From Lewinellaceae bacterium (GTDB lineage Bacteria; Bacteroidota; Bacteroidia; Chitinophagales; Saprospiraceae): DNA of 64,000 nt. The translations under genes were made by a program, and so were the position numbers. The DNA is taken from assembly GCA_037445225.1 (NCBI GenBank), contig JBBIKW010000009.1, positions 96,192 to 160,191 of the forward strand, written 5' to 3'. Positions 46,955 through 56,500 of this stretch are shown one piece after another. Under the pieces are notes generated by a model. The model saw nothing but the letters and a program-made list of their open reading frames with translations. It was not told the DNA's origin and searched no databases. Positions within the stretch are counted from its first letter, which is position 1. Every line of letters begins with the position of its first letter.

Positions 46955-48199
46955 ATGAACCAGTTTTCCGCATACGAGATCCTTCTCGTTGCCTGTAGTG
47001 TTGTCATTGTCTCTTATCTCTTCTCTGTCATCCATCGGCTTACGCGCATACCCTCTGTCCTATTGTTGTTGGGCGTCGGCATAGGGCTTCGGTACTTGGC
47101 TGACGTGTCGGGGGTACAGCTGCGTATTCCCCCCGCTACCGTTGAGGTGTTGGGCACGTTAGGGCTAATTATGATTGTCTTGGAGGCAGGGCTTGATTTA
47201 GAGGTGCGGCGCAACAACCTTAAGACGATGGGCAATGCGCTGCGCTCAGCAGCGATTATTCTATTACTTTCTACAATGGGGGTAGCCGCTTTGATAAAGA
47301 AATGGATACCGGAAGCCGATTGGCTACAAGCCATCGTATATGCTCTGCCGCTCTGCGTAGTCAGCAGCGCTATTGTCTTGCCCAGCGTACACCATCTCAG
47401 CGAGGATAAACGGGAATTCCTCGTATACGAGGCGGCCTTTTCCGACGTGATAGGCATCATGCTCTTCAACTTCCTCACCGCCCAAACCATCATCGAGCTT
47501 GCCGATGTATTGCGTTTCTTGGGAAGTATCCCAGCGGCTATCTTGTTATCCATTTTTATATGCTTTGGTTTAATGTGGCTGCTGGTCAATAACCGAGCGA
47601 ATACGAAGTTTTTTTTAGTCTTTGCAGTACTCACCCTCATATACATGGGCGGCAAGGGGCTTCAACTGCCTTCCCTACTAACCATCCTATTGTTCGGCTT
47701 GGTAATCAACAACTGGGAATGGATTTCGTGGCCACCGCTCAAACGCTTCTTCTCCGATATGGAGGTCAACCAGATGGCCTCCTTCCTTAAATCCATTACG
47801 GCAGAGACAGCGTTTGTAGTGCGCACCTTTTTCTTTCTGTTCTTTGGCTACAGTATTGATCTCTCCTTATTGAACGATGCGGATGTGTTGCTCCTCGGTT
47901 CTAGCATCGTTTTAGCACTGTTGGCGCTTCGCTTTCTCTATCTGCGCATATTGCATCGATACGAGTTGTTACCGGAGCTGTTCTACTTTCCACGAGGGCT
48001 AATCACTGTCCTACTTTTTTACAAAATACCCGCCGCGTTCCAGTTGATCCGTTTTAACGAGGGAGTGCTTTTTTTCGTTGTACTTTCTACCTCTGCATTT
48101 ATGATGGTGGGGGCACTGCTGTACCGCGACCACCCTCAGGAGCGAGACTACGGCGCGCGATCGGAAGAGCCAGCTGAAAATTTGACCGCTCTCGAGTAG
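46955..48199 (+). CDS. cation:proton antiporter (CPA family Na+/H+ exchanger-like)
   Basis: 414 aa from the ATG at 46955. About 11-12 TM helices. LGLIMIVLEAGLDLE and AAFSDVIGIMLFN resemble CPA1/2 core motifs. Confidence 0.75.
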   Translation: MNQFSAYEILLVACSVVIVSYLFSVIHRLTRIPSVLLLLGVGIGLRYLADVSGVQLRIPPATVEVLGTLGLIMIVLEAGLDLEVRRNNLKTMGNALRSAAIILLLSTMGVAALIKKWIPEADWLQAIVYALPLCVVSSAIVLPSVHHLSEDKREFLVYEAAFSDVIGIMLFNFLTAQTIIELADVLRFLGSIPAAILLSIFICFGLMWLLVNNRANTKFFLVFAVLTLIYMGGKGLQLPSLLTILLFGLVINNWEWISWPPLKRFFSDMEVNQMASFLKSITAETAFVVRTFFFLFFGYSIDLSLLNDADVLLLGSSIVLALLALRFLYLRILHRYELLPELFYFPRGLITVLLFYKIPAAFQLIRFNEGVLFFVVLSTSAFMMVGALLYRDHPQERDYGARSEEPAENLTALE

Positions 48200-48231
48200 C
48201 TATTGGCACCTCGCTTGAGCAGCCCTTTGCC

Positions 48232-49017
48232 TCAGAAGTCTTCTAAGACAAAAGTATCGGCATCGCGCAGGAAGGGCAGCTGCTGGCGGAAGGTTTTCAA
48301 TGCTTCTATAGATAGCGTTGCGGTAAACATGCCGGGTTGATGCGCCATCGTGCAAAGCGCCCGCCCAGAGAAGTCCCATATGCCGGAGTCGCCACAATAT
48401 TCTAAACCCTTCCCATCAGCACCTACGATGTTGACGCCCGCCACGTAGCACTGGTTTTCTACAGCGCGAGCAGGCAGCAGTGTGCGCCAATGCGCTGCGC
48501 GTTGGGCTGGCCAATTCGCTACGTACAGCAGCAAGTCGTAGGGCTCCTCGGCAGATTGGCAGCTCCATACCGGAAAGCGCAGATCGTAGCAGATGAGCGG
48601 GCAGATCCGCCATCCCTGCCATGTCGCTATGAGCCGGTGCCGGCCAGCAGTATAGGTCTGGTCTTCTTGGGCCAAACCGAAGAGATGTCTTTTGTCGTAG
48701 TGCGCTATCCGGCCATCGGGCAGCGCCAATGCGAAGCGATTGTAAAAATGGCCTTCTTCTCGACAGATGAAGCTGCCCCCTATGGCAGCACCGAGCCGAT
48801 CGGCTTGAAGCTTTAACCAACGCACAGTAGGGCCATCCATGGGCTCGGCAAGCGCCTGTGCATTCATGGAAAAGCCGGTGGTAAACATTTCCGGCAGCAC
48901 GATGAGATCCGTCTGTCCCGCTACAGGCGCTAAGATGCGCTCTAAACGCGCCCGATTTTCCGCCGGCGCCTCCCATAACAGGTCTGTTTGAACAAGGGTC
49001 AGCCGCATGCTACTCAT
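48232..49017 (-). CDS. carbon-nitrogen hydrolase family amidohydrolase (omega-amidase YafV-like)
   Basis: About 258-261 aa (ATG at 49017 or 49008). The Glu-Lys-Cys triad context is VLPEMFTTGF, YDKRHLF and ICPLICYDLRFP. Confidence 0.8.
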   Translation of the reverse strand: MSSMRLTLVQTDLLWEAPAENRARLERILAPVAGQTDLIVLPEMFTTGFSMNAQALAEPMDGPTVRWLKLQADRLGAAIGGSFICREEGHFYNRFALALPDGRIAHYDKRHLFGLAQEDQTYTAGRHRLIATWQGWRICPLICYDLRFPVWSCQSAEEPYDLLLYVANWPAQRAAHWRTLLPARAVENQCYVAGVNIVGADGKGLEYCGDSGIWDFSGRALCTMAHQPGMFTATLSIEALKTFRQQLPFLRDADTFVLEDF

Positions 49018-49066
49018 ACTCCTAAAAGAAGCGGCTAAGATACGCTGTGGCTGTGCTCTCTTAGCG

Positions 49067-49798
49067 CTACTCACAATTCGAAGCGGCGGCACGGATGTGC
49101 TGGACATGCGCGAGGGCATTTCGCAAGGATGCGACGGCAGCCTCCCACTGGTTTACGGTCAGCGCAGTGTAGCACATCTCCATAGCTTTCAGACAGGCTT
49201 CCTGCACCGTTGCACAGTTGTCTAAGGTCGAGGCAAGGTATTCTGCATCGCGCAGCATGCGCAGCGCATGCTCTACCTTTTGTGCCAAGATATGAAAGTC
49301 GCCCGATGCCTTAGCATCGCTCAAGTCCAGCTCTGCCAAGAGTGCATCGCGCACCAAAAGATCGGAAGGCAGGAAGCGCTTCCGCGCTTCGACAAGCCCT
49401 GCGGTGTCCGCAGCACAGCTTTCGGCAGCTGCTTGCATCCGAAAAGCCTCTTCGCGAGCTTCTGTCGCCCGCCATATCAGGTTGCTCAGGTCTTTCTTGC
49501 GGTCTAAGCTCAGTAGGTCGCATGCGGCGCGCCCGCGTTCTGCAGCCGCGCGCGCCGCATGGCAATATAATCCCGCCTGGGCTACCGCGTCAAACTCGCG
49601 CCACGCCCGATGCATCTGCAGCAATACGTACGCCCGATCGTTCGAGTGTACGGCATCGTGCAGCGAAGCTTCTATCTGCTGTCCCTGTTTCTTCACCCAG
49701 CGCAGCGTTTCAGGAGCGTCCACTTCGGGCTGCCCATAGGAAGAGGACAGGCTCACTGCGTATACGGCGATATGCAACGAAAAAAGAAGCGATCTCAT
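49067..49798 (-). CDS. hypothetical secreted alpha-helical protein
   Basis: 243 aa. Signal peptide MRSLLFSLHIAVYAVSLSSSYGQ. Several Cys residues. No family recognised. The overlapping plus-strand ORF is R/S/P-rich and looks spurious. Confidence 0.55.
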   Translation of the reverse strand: MRSLLFSLHIAVYAVSLSSSYGQPEVDAPETLRWVKKQGQQIEASLHDAVHSNDRAYVLLQMHRAWREFDAVAQAGLYCHAARAAAERGRAACDLLSLDRKKDLSNLIWRATEAREEAFRMQAAAESCAADTAGLVEARKRFLPSDLLVRDALLAELDLSDAKASGDFHILAQKVEHALRMLRDAEYLASTLDNCATVQEACLKAMEMCYTALTVNQWEAAVASLRNALAHVQHIRAAASNCE

Positions 49799-49967
49799 CG
49801 TATTTAAACCTAGATGCCGATAGAGAACAATGTTCGAGGAAAAAAGGTGTGCGCATTTTTTTAAAAATACCGCCGGCCCTTTGCGCTACTGAAGAATACC
49901 CTCTGACTTTTTCTCTCAGCATACACTTGGCGACCGTCCTAACTTAGCTACCCTTTATTTCACAAAA

Positions 49968-51887
49968 ATGGATTCATTTATGAAGGTGCCCTCGACATTT
50001 CCGCTGTTTTTGCTTCTCGTGGGCTGGTGCTGGCCCGAGGCAACGACCGCTCAGACGGTCTTAGATGACTCCCTCTTTCTGCGCGAGCACTACACGAAGC
50101 GCGAGGTGTACATTCCCATGCGCGACGGCGTGCGGTTATTCACAGCCATTTACATGCCAAAAGATCGGAGCAAGACTTATCCTATTCTGTTGCGGCGCAC
50201 GCCCTACTCTTGCGCACCTTACGGCGCCGAGGCCTATCCCAGTCGCATGCACAACAGCCATTTGGTGCGGTCCGGATACATCTTTGTCGTTCAAGATGTG
50301 CGTGGGCGATATATGAGCGAGGGCGAATTTGTAGACGTGCGCCCATTTAATCCCAACAAAAAGACGCCTCAGGACGTCGATGAGGCCTCCGACACTTACG
50401 ATACAGTGGAGTGGTTGCTCCAGCACGCTACCGGCAACAACGGCAAGGTAGGTGTCTATGGGATCTCGTATCCGGGCTTTTACAGTACCATGGCTATCCT
50501 GGCCGCCCACCCCGCTATCAAGGCGGTCTCGCCGCAAGCTCCGGTTACAGACTGGTTTATCGGCGATGATTTTCACCACAACGGCGCGTTCATGCTGATG
50601 GATGCTTTTGCCTTCTACTCGGGCTTTGGAAAGCCGCGTCCCGAGCCGACTACACGAGGGCAGCGAGGTTTTAGCGAATGGAACACGCCCGACAACTACG
50701 CGTTTTTCCTGCGCGCTGGAGCCCTTCCCAACTTCAACCGGCGCTATCTCAAGGGGGAAATCCCTTTTTGGAACGAGCTGATGGCCCACCCGGATTTAGA
50801 CGATTGGTGGAAAGCGCGCAACCCCCGTCCGCACCTAAGGCAGGTACAGCCGGCCGTGCTGACCGTGGGTGGGCTGTTCGACGCCGAAGACTGCTTCGGC
50901 GCTTGGGCCACTTACAAAGCTATTGAGACACAAAATCCGCCGTCCACAAGCAACCGCATTGTGATGGGGCCTTGGAGCCACGGCGCTTGGGCGCGCGACA
51001 GCGGCGAGCGCTTGGGAAACATAGTCTTTGGGCAGCCTACCAGCGAATTTTACCAGCAGCACGTCGAGCTGCCCTTTTTCGAGTACTACCTCAAGGGCGT
51101 CGGCGAGATGCGCTTGCCGGAAGCGCTCATCTTTGAGACGGGAAGCAATCAGTGGGTAGCCCATGAACAATGGCCGCCCAAGGAAATGCGCTCTACTCCC
51201 TTCTACCTACACGCAGATGGTGGGATAAGCCTTCAGGCTCCTTCCGCGCGCACTGCTTTCCGGAGGTACACCAGCGACCCCGCTAAACCCGTTCCCTATA
51301 CCGATCGCATACACTTGCGCCGTACGCGCGAATACATGACCGACGACCAGCGCTTTGCCGCTCGACGCCCCGACGTATTGGTCTACGAGACGCCTCCGCT
51401 CGACTCTACGCTACGCCTCCACGGCCCGATCATTGCCGACATATGGGTGAGCCTCGACGACCGCGGCGTTGCTCCGCGCGGCCGCTTGCTCGACGTCGAT
51501 TTGGTGGTCAAAGTTATCGACGTCTTTCCCGACACGCTTTCTGGCGCGGAGAACGGCGTGCCGTTGGGCGGTTACCAAATGTTGGTTCGCGGCGAAATCT
51601 TTCGCGGGCGCTACCGCTACAGCTTTGAAAAACCCGAGGGGTTTCGGCCGCGTCAACCACAGCGCATACGCTTTGAGCTGCCCGACATTGCTCACGCTTT
51701 CTTACCGGGCCACCGTCTCATGATTCAGGTGCAGAGCAGCTGGTTTCCCCTGGCCGACCGCAACCCGCAGCAGTTTATTAACATCTACCAGGCCGAAGAC
51801 AGCGACTTTATTCCCATTGAAGTCTATCTACACAGCAGCAAGCAACACCCCTCTGCCGTGTGGCTGCCGGTATGGCCGCAGCCATAA
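49968..51887 (+). CDS. CocE/NonD family hydrolase (S15 X-Pro dipeptidyl-peptidase-like)
   Basis: 639 aa. Signal peptide. RTPYS, the nucleophile elbow GISYPGFY, and a C-terminal jelly-roll region (…GHRLMIQVQSSWFPLADRNPQ). Confidence 0.85.
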   Translation: MDSFMKVPSTFPLFLLLVGWCWPEATTAQTVLDDSLFLREHYTKREVYIPMRDGVRLFTAIYMPKDRSKTYPILLRRTPYSCAPYGAEAYPSRMHNSHLVRSGYIFVVQDVRGRYMSEGEFVDVRPFNPNKKTPQDVDEASDTYDTVEWLLQHATGNNGKVGVYGISYPGFYSTMAILAAHPAIKAVSPQAPVTDWFIGDDFHHNGAFMLMDAFAFYSGFGKPRPEPTTRGQRGFSEWNTPDNYAFFLRAGALPNFNRRYLKGEIPFWNELMAHPDLDDWWKARNPRPHLRQVQPAVLTVGGLFDAEDCFGAWATYKAIETQNPPSTSNRIVMGPWSHGAWARDSGERLGNIVFGQPTSEFYQQHVELPFFEYYLKGVGEMRLPEALIFETGSNQWVAHEQWPPKEMRSTPFYLHADGGISLQAPSARTAFRRYTSDPAKPVPYTDRIHLRRTREYMTDDQRFAARRPDVLVYETPPLDSTLRLHGPIIADIWVSLDDRGVAPRGRLLDVDLVVKVIDVFPDTLSGAENGVPLGGYQMLVRGEIFRGRYRYSFEKPEGFRPRQPQRIRFELPDIAHAFLPGHRLMIQVQSSWFPLADRNPQQFINIYQAEDSDFIPIEVYLHSSKQHPSAVWLPVWPQP

Positions 51888-51894
51888 GGCGCGC

Positions 51895-53388
51895 TTATTG
51901 CCCTTGTCCTAACGAGAAGCCCGGCTCGCCGTCGAATGTATAGAGATTTTCGGTCTTGATAATTTCAAAACCCGCTTGGTGCAGCTGCTGCAACAGCTGC
52001 AGCACATCGCCATAAGTGGTGGGTGCGTAGGCCGGCGTCTGGAAGCGGCAGCGCCAATGGTCGGTGCAGAACGTGGCCGGGTGACCCTTGGGCCATACCT
52101 TGACTCCGCGGTTGGTAATCATTTGAAGCGATAGCGTCCCCTGTAAAAAGTCCTTTAGCCGGGAGCCGAGCTGTTCCGCATCGCGTTCGCGCCAGTGGAG
52201 AAAGACATCTACGCCGACCAGCTGCTTTTCCGCCGGACGAGTGGGTGTAGTGTGGATCTGAAAGCGAGACTGCGCCTGCCCACCATGAGCGTAAACCGCC
52301 GGCGATAAGTAGCGCGGGCGTTCTCCCAAGCGGTCGACCACAGCCTGGGCAAAACCATCAGTACCTACCTGAATTTTGCTGTGCGTCTCGTTGAAGATGT
52401 CGGGCGTATGAAAGCCGTCCTCTATGGTGCGGAGCCACGCGTTGTGGATGACTTCGGCCACGCGACTTTGCCCAATGTGTACCAGCATTTGCAAAGCGGC
52501 CATCAAAAGGCCGGAAGGATTGGCTACGTTCCTACCTGCAATGTCAGGGGCAGAGCCGTGAATGGCTTCGAACATGGCATACTCGCTGCCTACGTTAGCG
52601 GAACCGGCCAACCCTACCGAGCCGCTCACTTGAGCAGCAATGTCGGAGATGATATCGCCGTAGAGATTTAGCGTGACGATGACGTCGAAGCGGTTGGGCG
52701 TGTCGGCGATGCGCGCTGAACCGATGTCGATGATATAGTGTTCCTGCTCGATGTCGGGGTATTCTTGGCCAATTTCGCGGAAGAGTCGGTGAAAAAGGCC
52801 GTCGGTCATCTTCATGATGTTGTCTTTAGTCATGCAAGTCACCTTTCGGCGGCCGTACAGGCGGGCGTATTCGAAGGCATAGCGAAGGATTTTTTCAGTG
52901 CCGGGTTTAGAGATGAGCTTTAAGCATTGCATCACCTCATCGGTTTGGCGGTGCTCAATGCCCGCGTAGAGGTCTTCCTCGTTTTCGCGGATGATAACCA
53001 TATCCATGTGCGGGTGTTTGCTGGGCACAAAGGGTGCATAGTTGACACAAGGGCGGACATTGGCAAACAAGCCTAAGGTCTTGCGCAGGGTCACGTTCAA
53101 GCTCTTATATCCAGCGCCTTGCGGCGTCGTGATGGGCGCTTTTAGCAGCACGCGCGTTCGGTAGATAGATTCCCAGGCTTGATCTGGTATGCCTGAAGTA
53201 TTGCCCGAAAGGTAGACCTGTTCGCCGACGTTAACCGTTTCGACAGCCAGACGAGCTCCGGCCTTTTCTAAGATAAACAAGACCGCTCGCATGATTTCAG
53301 GCCCTATGCCATCGCCATAAGTTACCGTGATGGGTACGGGGGCCTCGGCATGCGTTTCGCCGCCGACAATAGTAGGTTGTGGTATCAT
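51895..53388 (-). CDS. icd: NADP-dependent isocitrate dehydrogenase (IDH/IPMDH family) with a C-terminal extension of about 130 aa
   Basis: 497 aa from the ATG at 53388. GDGIGPEIM, substrate-site YKSLNVTLRKTLGLFANVRP (IDH-type SLN.TLR), NLYGDIISD, EAIHGSAPDIAG. Confidence 0.75.
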   Translation of the reverse strand: MIPQPTIVGGETHAEAPVPITVTYGDGIGPEIMRAVLFILEKAGARLAVETVNVGEQVYLSGNTSGIPDQAWESIYRTRVLLKAPITTPQGAGYKSLNVTLRKTLGLFANVRPCVNYAPFVPSKHPHMDMVIIRENEEDLYAGIEHRQTDEVMQCLKLISKPGTEKILRYAFEYARLYGRRKVTCMTKDNIMKMTDGLFHRLFREIGQEYPDIEQEHYIIDIGSARIADTPNRFDVIVTLNLYGDIISDIAAQVSGSVGLAGSANVGSEYAMFEAIHGSAPDIAGRNVANPSGLLMAALQMLVHIGQSRVAEVIHNAWLRTIEDGFHTPDIFNETHSKIQVGTDGFAQAVVDRLGERPRYLSPAVYAHGGQAQSRFQIHTTPTRPAEKQLVGVDVFLHWRERDAEQLGSRLKDFLQGTLSLQMITNRGVKVWPKGHPATFCTDHWRCRFQTPAYAPTTYGDVLQLLQQLHQAGFEIIKTENLYTFDGEPGFSLGQGQ

Positions 53389-53500
53389 CTTTTCACTATT
53401 TTTTGAACAACCGCAAAACAACGGCGACCAGCGCTTGTTGCCAAATACCTAGACAGATAATTGCACTGCAAGGCAGCTAAATGCCCAAAATAGCCCGATG

Positions 53501-56500
53501 TCATCGCACTAAGAGCACGTTGCCGTGCATGCGCTCTTCGTATCCGTCGCGATAGCGCACTTCTGCGTACCAGGTATAGGTGCCGACTTGGGCGGGCTGA
53601 CCTCGAAAAGAGCCGTCCCATCCGCGCGCTTCGTCGTTGGGCAACCAGTCGTACTGCTCGAATACCAAGGCGCCCCAGCGGTCGAAGACGCGGAAGAGGC
53701 GAACGTTTTGAATATGGCGGGGGCTGCCGTGGACGACCAGGCGGTCGTTTTGGCCGTCGCCATTAGGTGAGAATGCCAAAGGGACGTACACTCCTCGCGG
53801 CTTATCCACATGCACACGCATGCTGCTGCTGCCCGAACAGCCGTTGGCATCTACGGCAGTGGCAGTGTAGAGGGTAGTGTGCGCAGGGTACGCCCATATC
53901 GAGGCGCATTCCGGCGGGTCGGCGCACGAGAAAGCATTGGACAGCCCACTCGACCAGGAGAGTGCTGCATCTCCTACGGCATTGAACACATCCGCCGTCA
54001 GCAGCAGGGTGTCGCCAAATGCGATAGAGCTGTCGGGCGTCAGGGTGACTTGAACGGGTAAGGGCTGAGACACCTCAAAGCCGACCTCCGCTTGGCATCC
54101 GTTGCCGTCGACCACCCTTGCCATGTATTGGCCGGCCTTTAGGGCCGGGAAGGTAGGCGACCCTCCCAGAGGGTTGCCGTTCAGACCGTAGCGGAAGGGC
54201 GGTTGGCCCCCTTGTACGAAGAGTTCTGCCCGGCCATTCAAGTAACCGAAGCACGTAGGAGCTGTTATGCGAACGTCTACCTTTAGAGGAGGCGGCGCTT
54301 GCACTACTGCTGCAGCTACGTAGGTACAGCCTTTCTGGTCGGTGAGCGTCACCGTGTAGGAGCCCGGACCGAGGTTTTCCAATAGATCGCTTGTCGCGCC
54401 TGTATTCCATAAAAAAGTATACGGGGGAACACCACCTGACGGTATCAAATGGAGGCGGCCATTTCGGTCCTCTGCACACAGCAAGTTTTGCACGCGCAGA
54501 ACGCCTCCCAAAGGCGGCGGCTCGTCGACAGTGACAGAGGCTGTGCCCGTGCAGCCTTGCATATCTGTAGCCGTCACCGTATACACGCCCGGCCCTAATT
54601 GCTCGATCTTGGTACCCGCAGCGAGGGTGCTCCATCGGAAAAAAGCGATGGGGCGAGTGCTCTGTACGTCTACCACATAGGCTGCTCCATCTCGCTGTCC
54701 AAAACAGCGAATGCTATCCACTCGTAGAATGGGTCGAATAGGGGGTAGACTGTCGATATGCCGTTCGAACACTGCCGTGCATCCTGCATTATCGGTTACT
54801 GTCAGGGAGAGGCGCTGACCACTGCTGAGCCCGTTCAAGTAGATGGTGTCTCCCACGCCGGGGATATTCCACTGTAAGACGTAGTTCTGACGCACGCCAT
54901 TACCTGCGCCGCCTTCTAGCTTGTTAACAGAGGCTTGTCCGTCGCGCTCCTCCGGGCACGAAGGCAGAATGGCGACAATCGACACCGCGATACTGTCCCA
55001 CCGATCTACGGTTACCGACTGCACGGCGGTGCATCCTGCAGCGTCGGAGACGGTGACGGCGAATACGCCGGCCGACACGTCTGTTAGCTCGGCCGACGTC
55101 GCCTGGTTGCTCCAGCGATATGAAAAAGGTGGGCCACTCCCTCCAGTAGCTTCAGCTCGCACCTGGCCCCCACCGCCATTGAAGCAGGCGCGCTGAACCA
55201 CCGTCGTCGTCACCTGCAGTAGTGTCGCGGGTTGCTCCACTAAAACCGATGGCGGCACCCATGTGCATCCTTGAGCATCGGAGATGGTCAACTGATAAGG
55301 CCCCGCCGATAGCGAGGTTGCCACTGAGTCCGTCCCGCCCGAACTCCACAGGTAGGCATAGGGTGGAGAGCCTCCGCTGACCACCGCCCAGGCGGCGCCA
55401 TCGTTTCCACCTGCACAGGTAACTGGCTTAGCGAAGAGCACTGCTTGCCATGCCGGCGGCTGCTCTACTGTTCCCGAAGCGGTCGCGCTACAGCCGTTGG
55501 CGTCGGAGACCGTAACGGTGTAAACACCTGCCAACAAATTCACTGCGGTCGCAGATATTTGCTGGTTGGGATCGCTCCACTGATAGCTCAGCACGCCGGC
55601 TCCGCCGCGAGCGAAGACGGTCGCGGTGCCGTCCGCGTTTCCGGGACAATGGGCCGGCACCGCGACGAGGCTGTCCACCACCAGCGCTTCTGGACAGGGA
55701 ACGTCGGCAACAGCAGTCTGCGTACAGCCGAGGGAGTCGCTCACCATCAAGCCGTAAGTGCCGCAAGGGACACCCGTCATGGGATTGTCACTGTGCCCAT
55801 TGCTCCACAAGAACTGGTACGGCGGCATGCCCCCGCTGATGTTGGCAAACACGGCTCCGGAGTTTTCTCCCGCACAAGCCGGTGCCGTGGAAAGGAGCGA
55901 CACCGCTAAGGGTACAGCAGCAGGTACTGCAAAAGAGTCTTCGACAACACAGCTGCGGTCGTCCGATAACACAAATCGATAAATCCCTGGGCAAAGCCCC
56001 TCCACCTTGGTCTGCCCTGGCGGAATACCCGAAGTGAGCCAAGTCACCGAGAGCGGCGGCGTCCCTCCCGAAAGAGTCAACGCTGCAGAGCCGTCGCAAG
56101 CCCCCACACAGCGCTCGCCTTGTACTGCAATTTGGGCCATCAAGGCGGCAGGAGAACCCACCGACACACTCCCGCTTACCGTGCAGCCGTTTCGGTCGGT
56201 CACGGTCACGGTATATGTCCCTGCGGTCAGATTGTCGAGAGCTGCTCCACTCCCTTGGTTATTCCATAGAAAGGAAAAAGGAGGACACCCTCCCACTGCT
56301 CGCGCAACTACTGCGCCGTTGCTGTCGCCAAAACACCTCACTTCCACTGATCGCAAACTATCTATCTGAAGCAGAGGTGGCTGATGCACCTGCACCAAGG
56401 TGACCGCTTGACAGCCTGCGCTGTCGGTTACGGTCACACTGTGAAACCCCGCCTTGAGGCTGTCGGCAGCCGTACCGACATCGCCATTGGACCATCGATA

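Noticed and set aside
47014-47655. 213-aa ORF antisense to the antiporter gene.
   Set aside because: The plus frame encodes regular TM helices. The antisense product is S/R/K-rich without features.
49342-49947. 201-aa plus-strand ORF opposite the 243-aa secreted protein gene.
   Set aside because: It is R/S/P/A-rich and lacks a sensible start context. The minus frame has a clean signal peptide and balanced composition. Neither has homology support, however.
50136-50789. 217-aa ORF antisense to the CocE/NonD hydrolase gene.
   Set aside because: It is a shadow ORF. The hydrolase frame contains the GxSxG elbow and family motifs.
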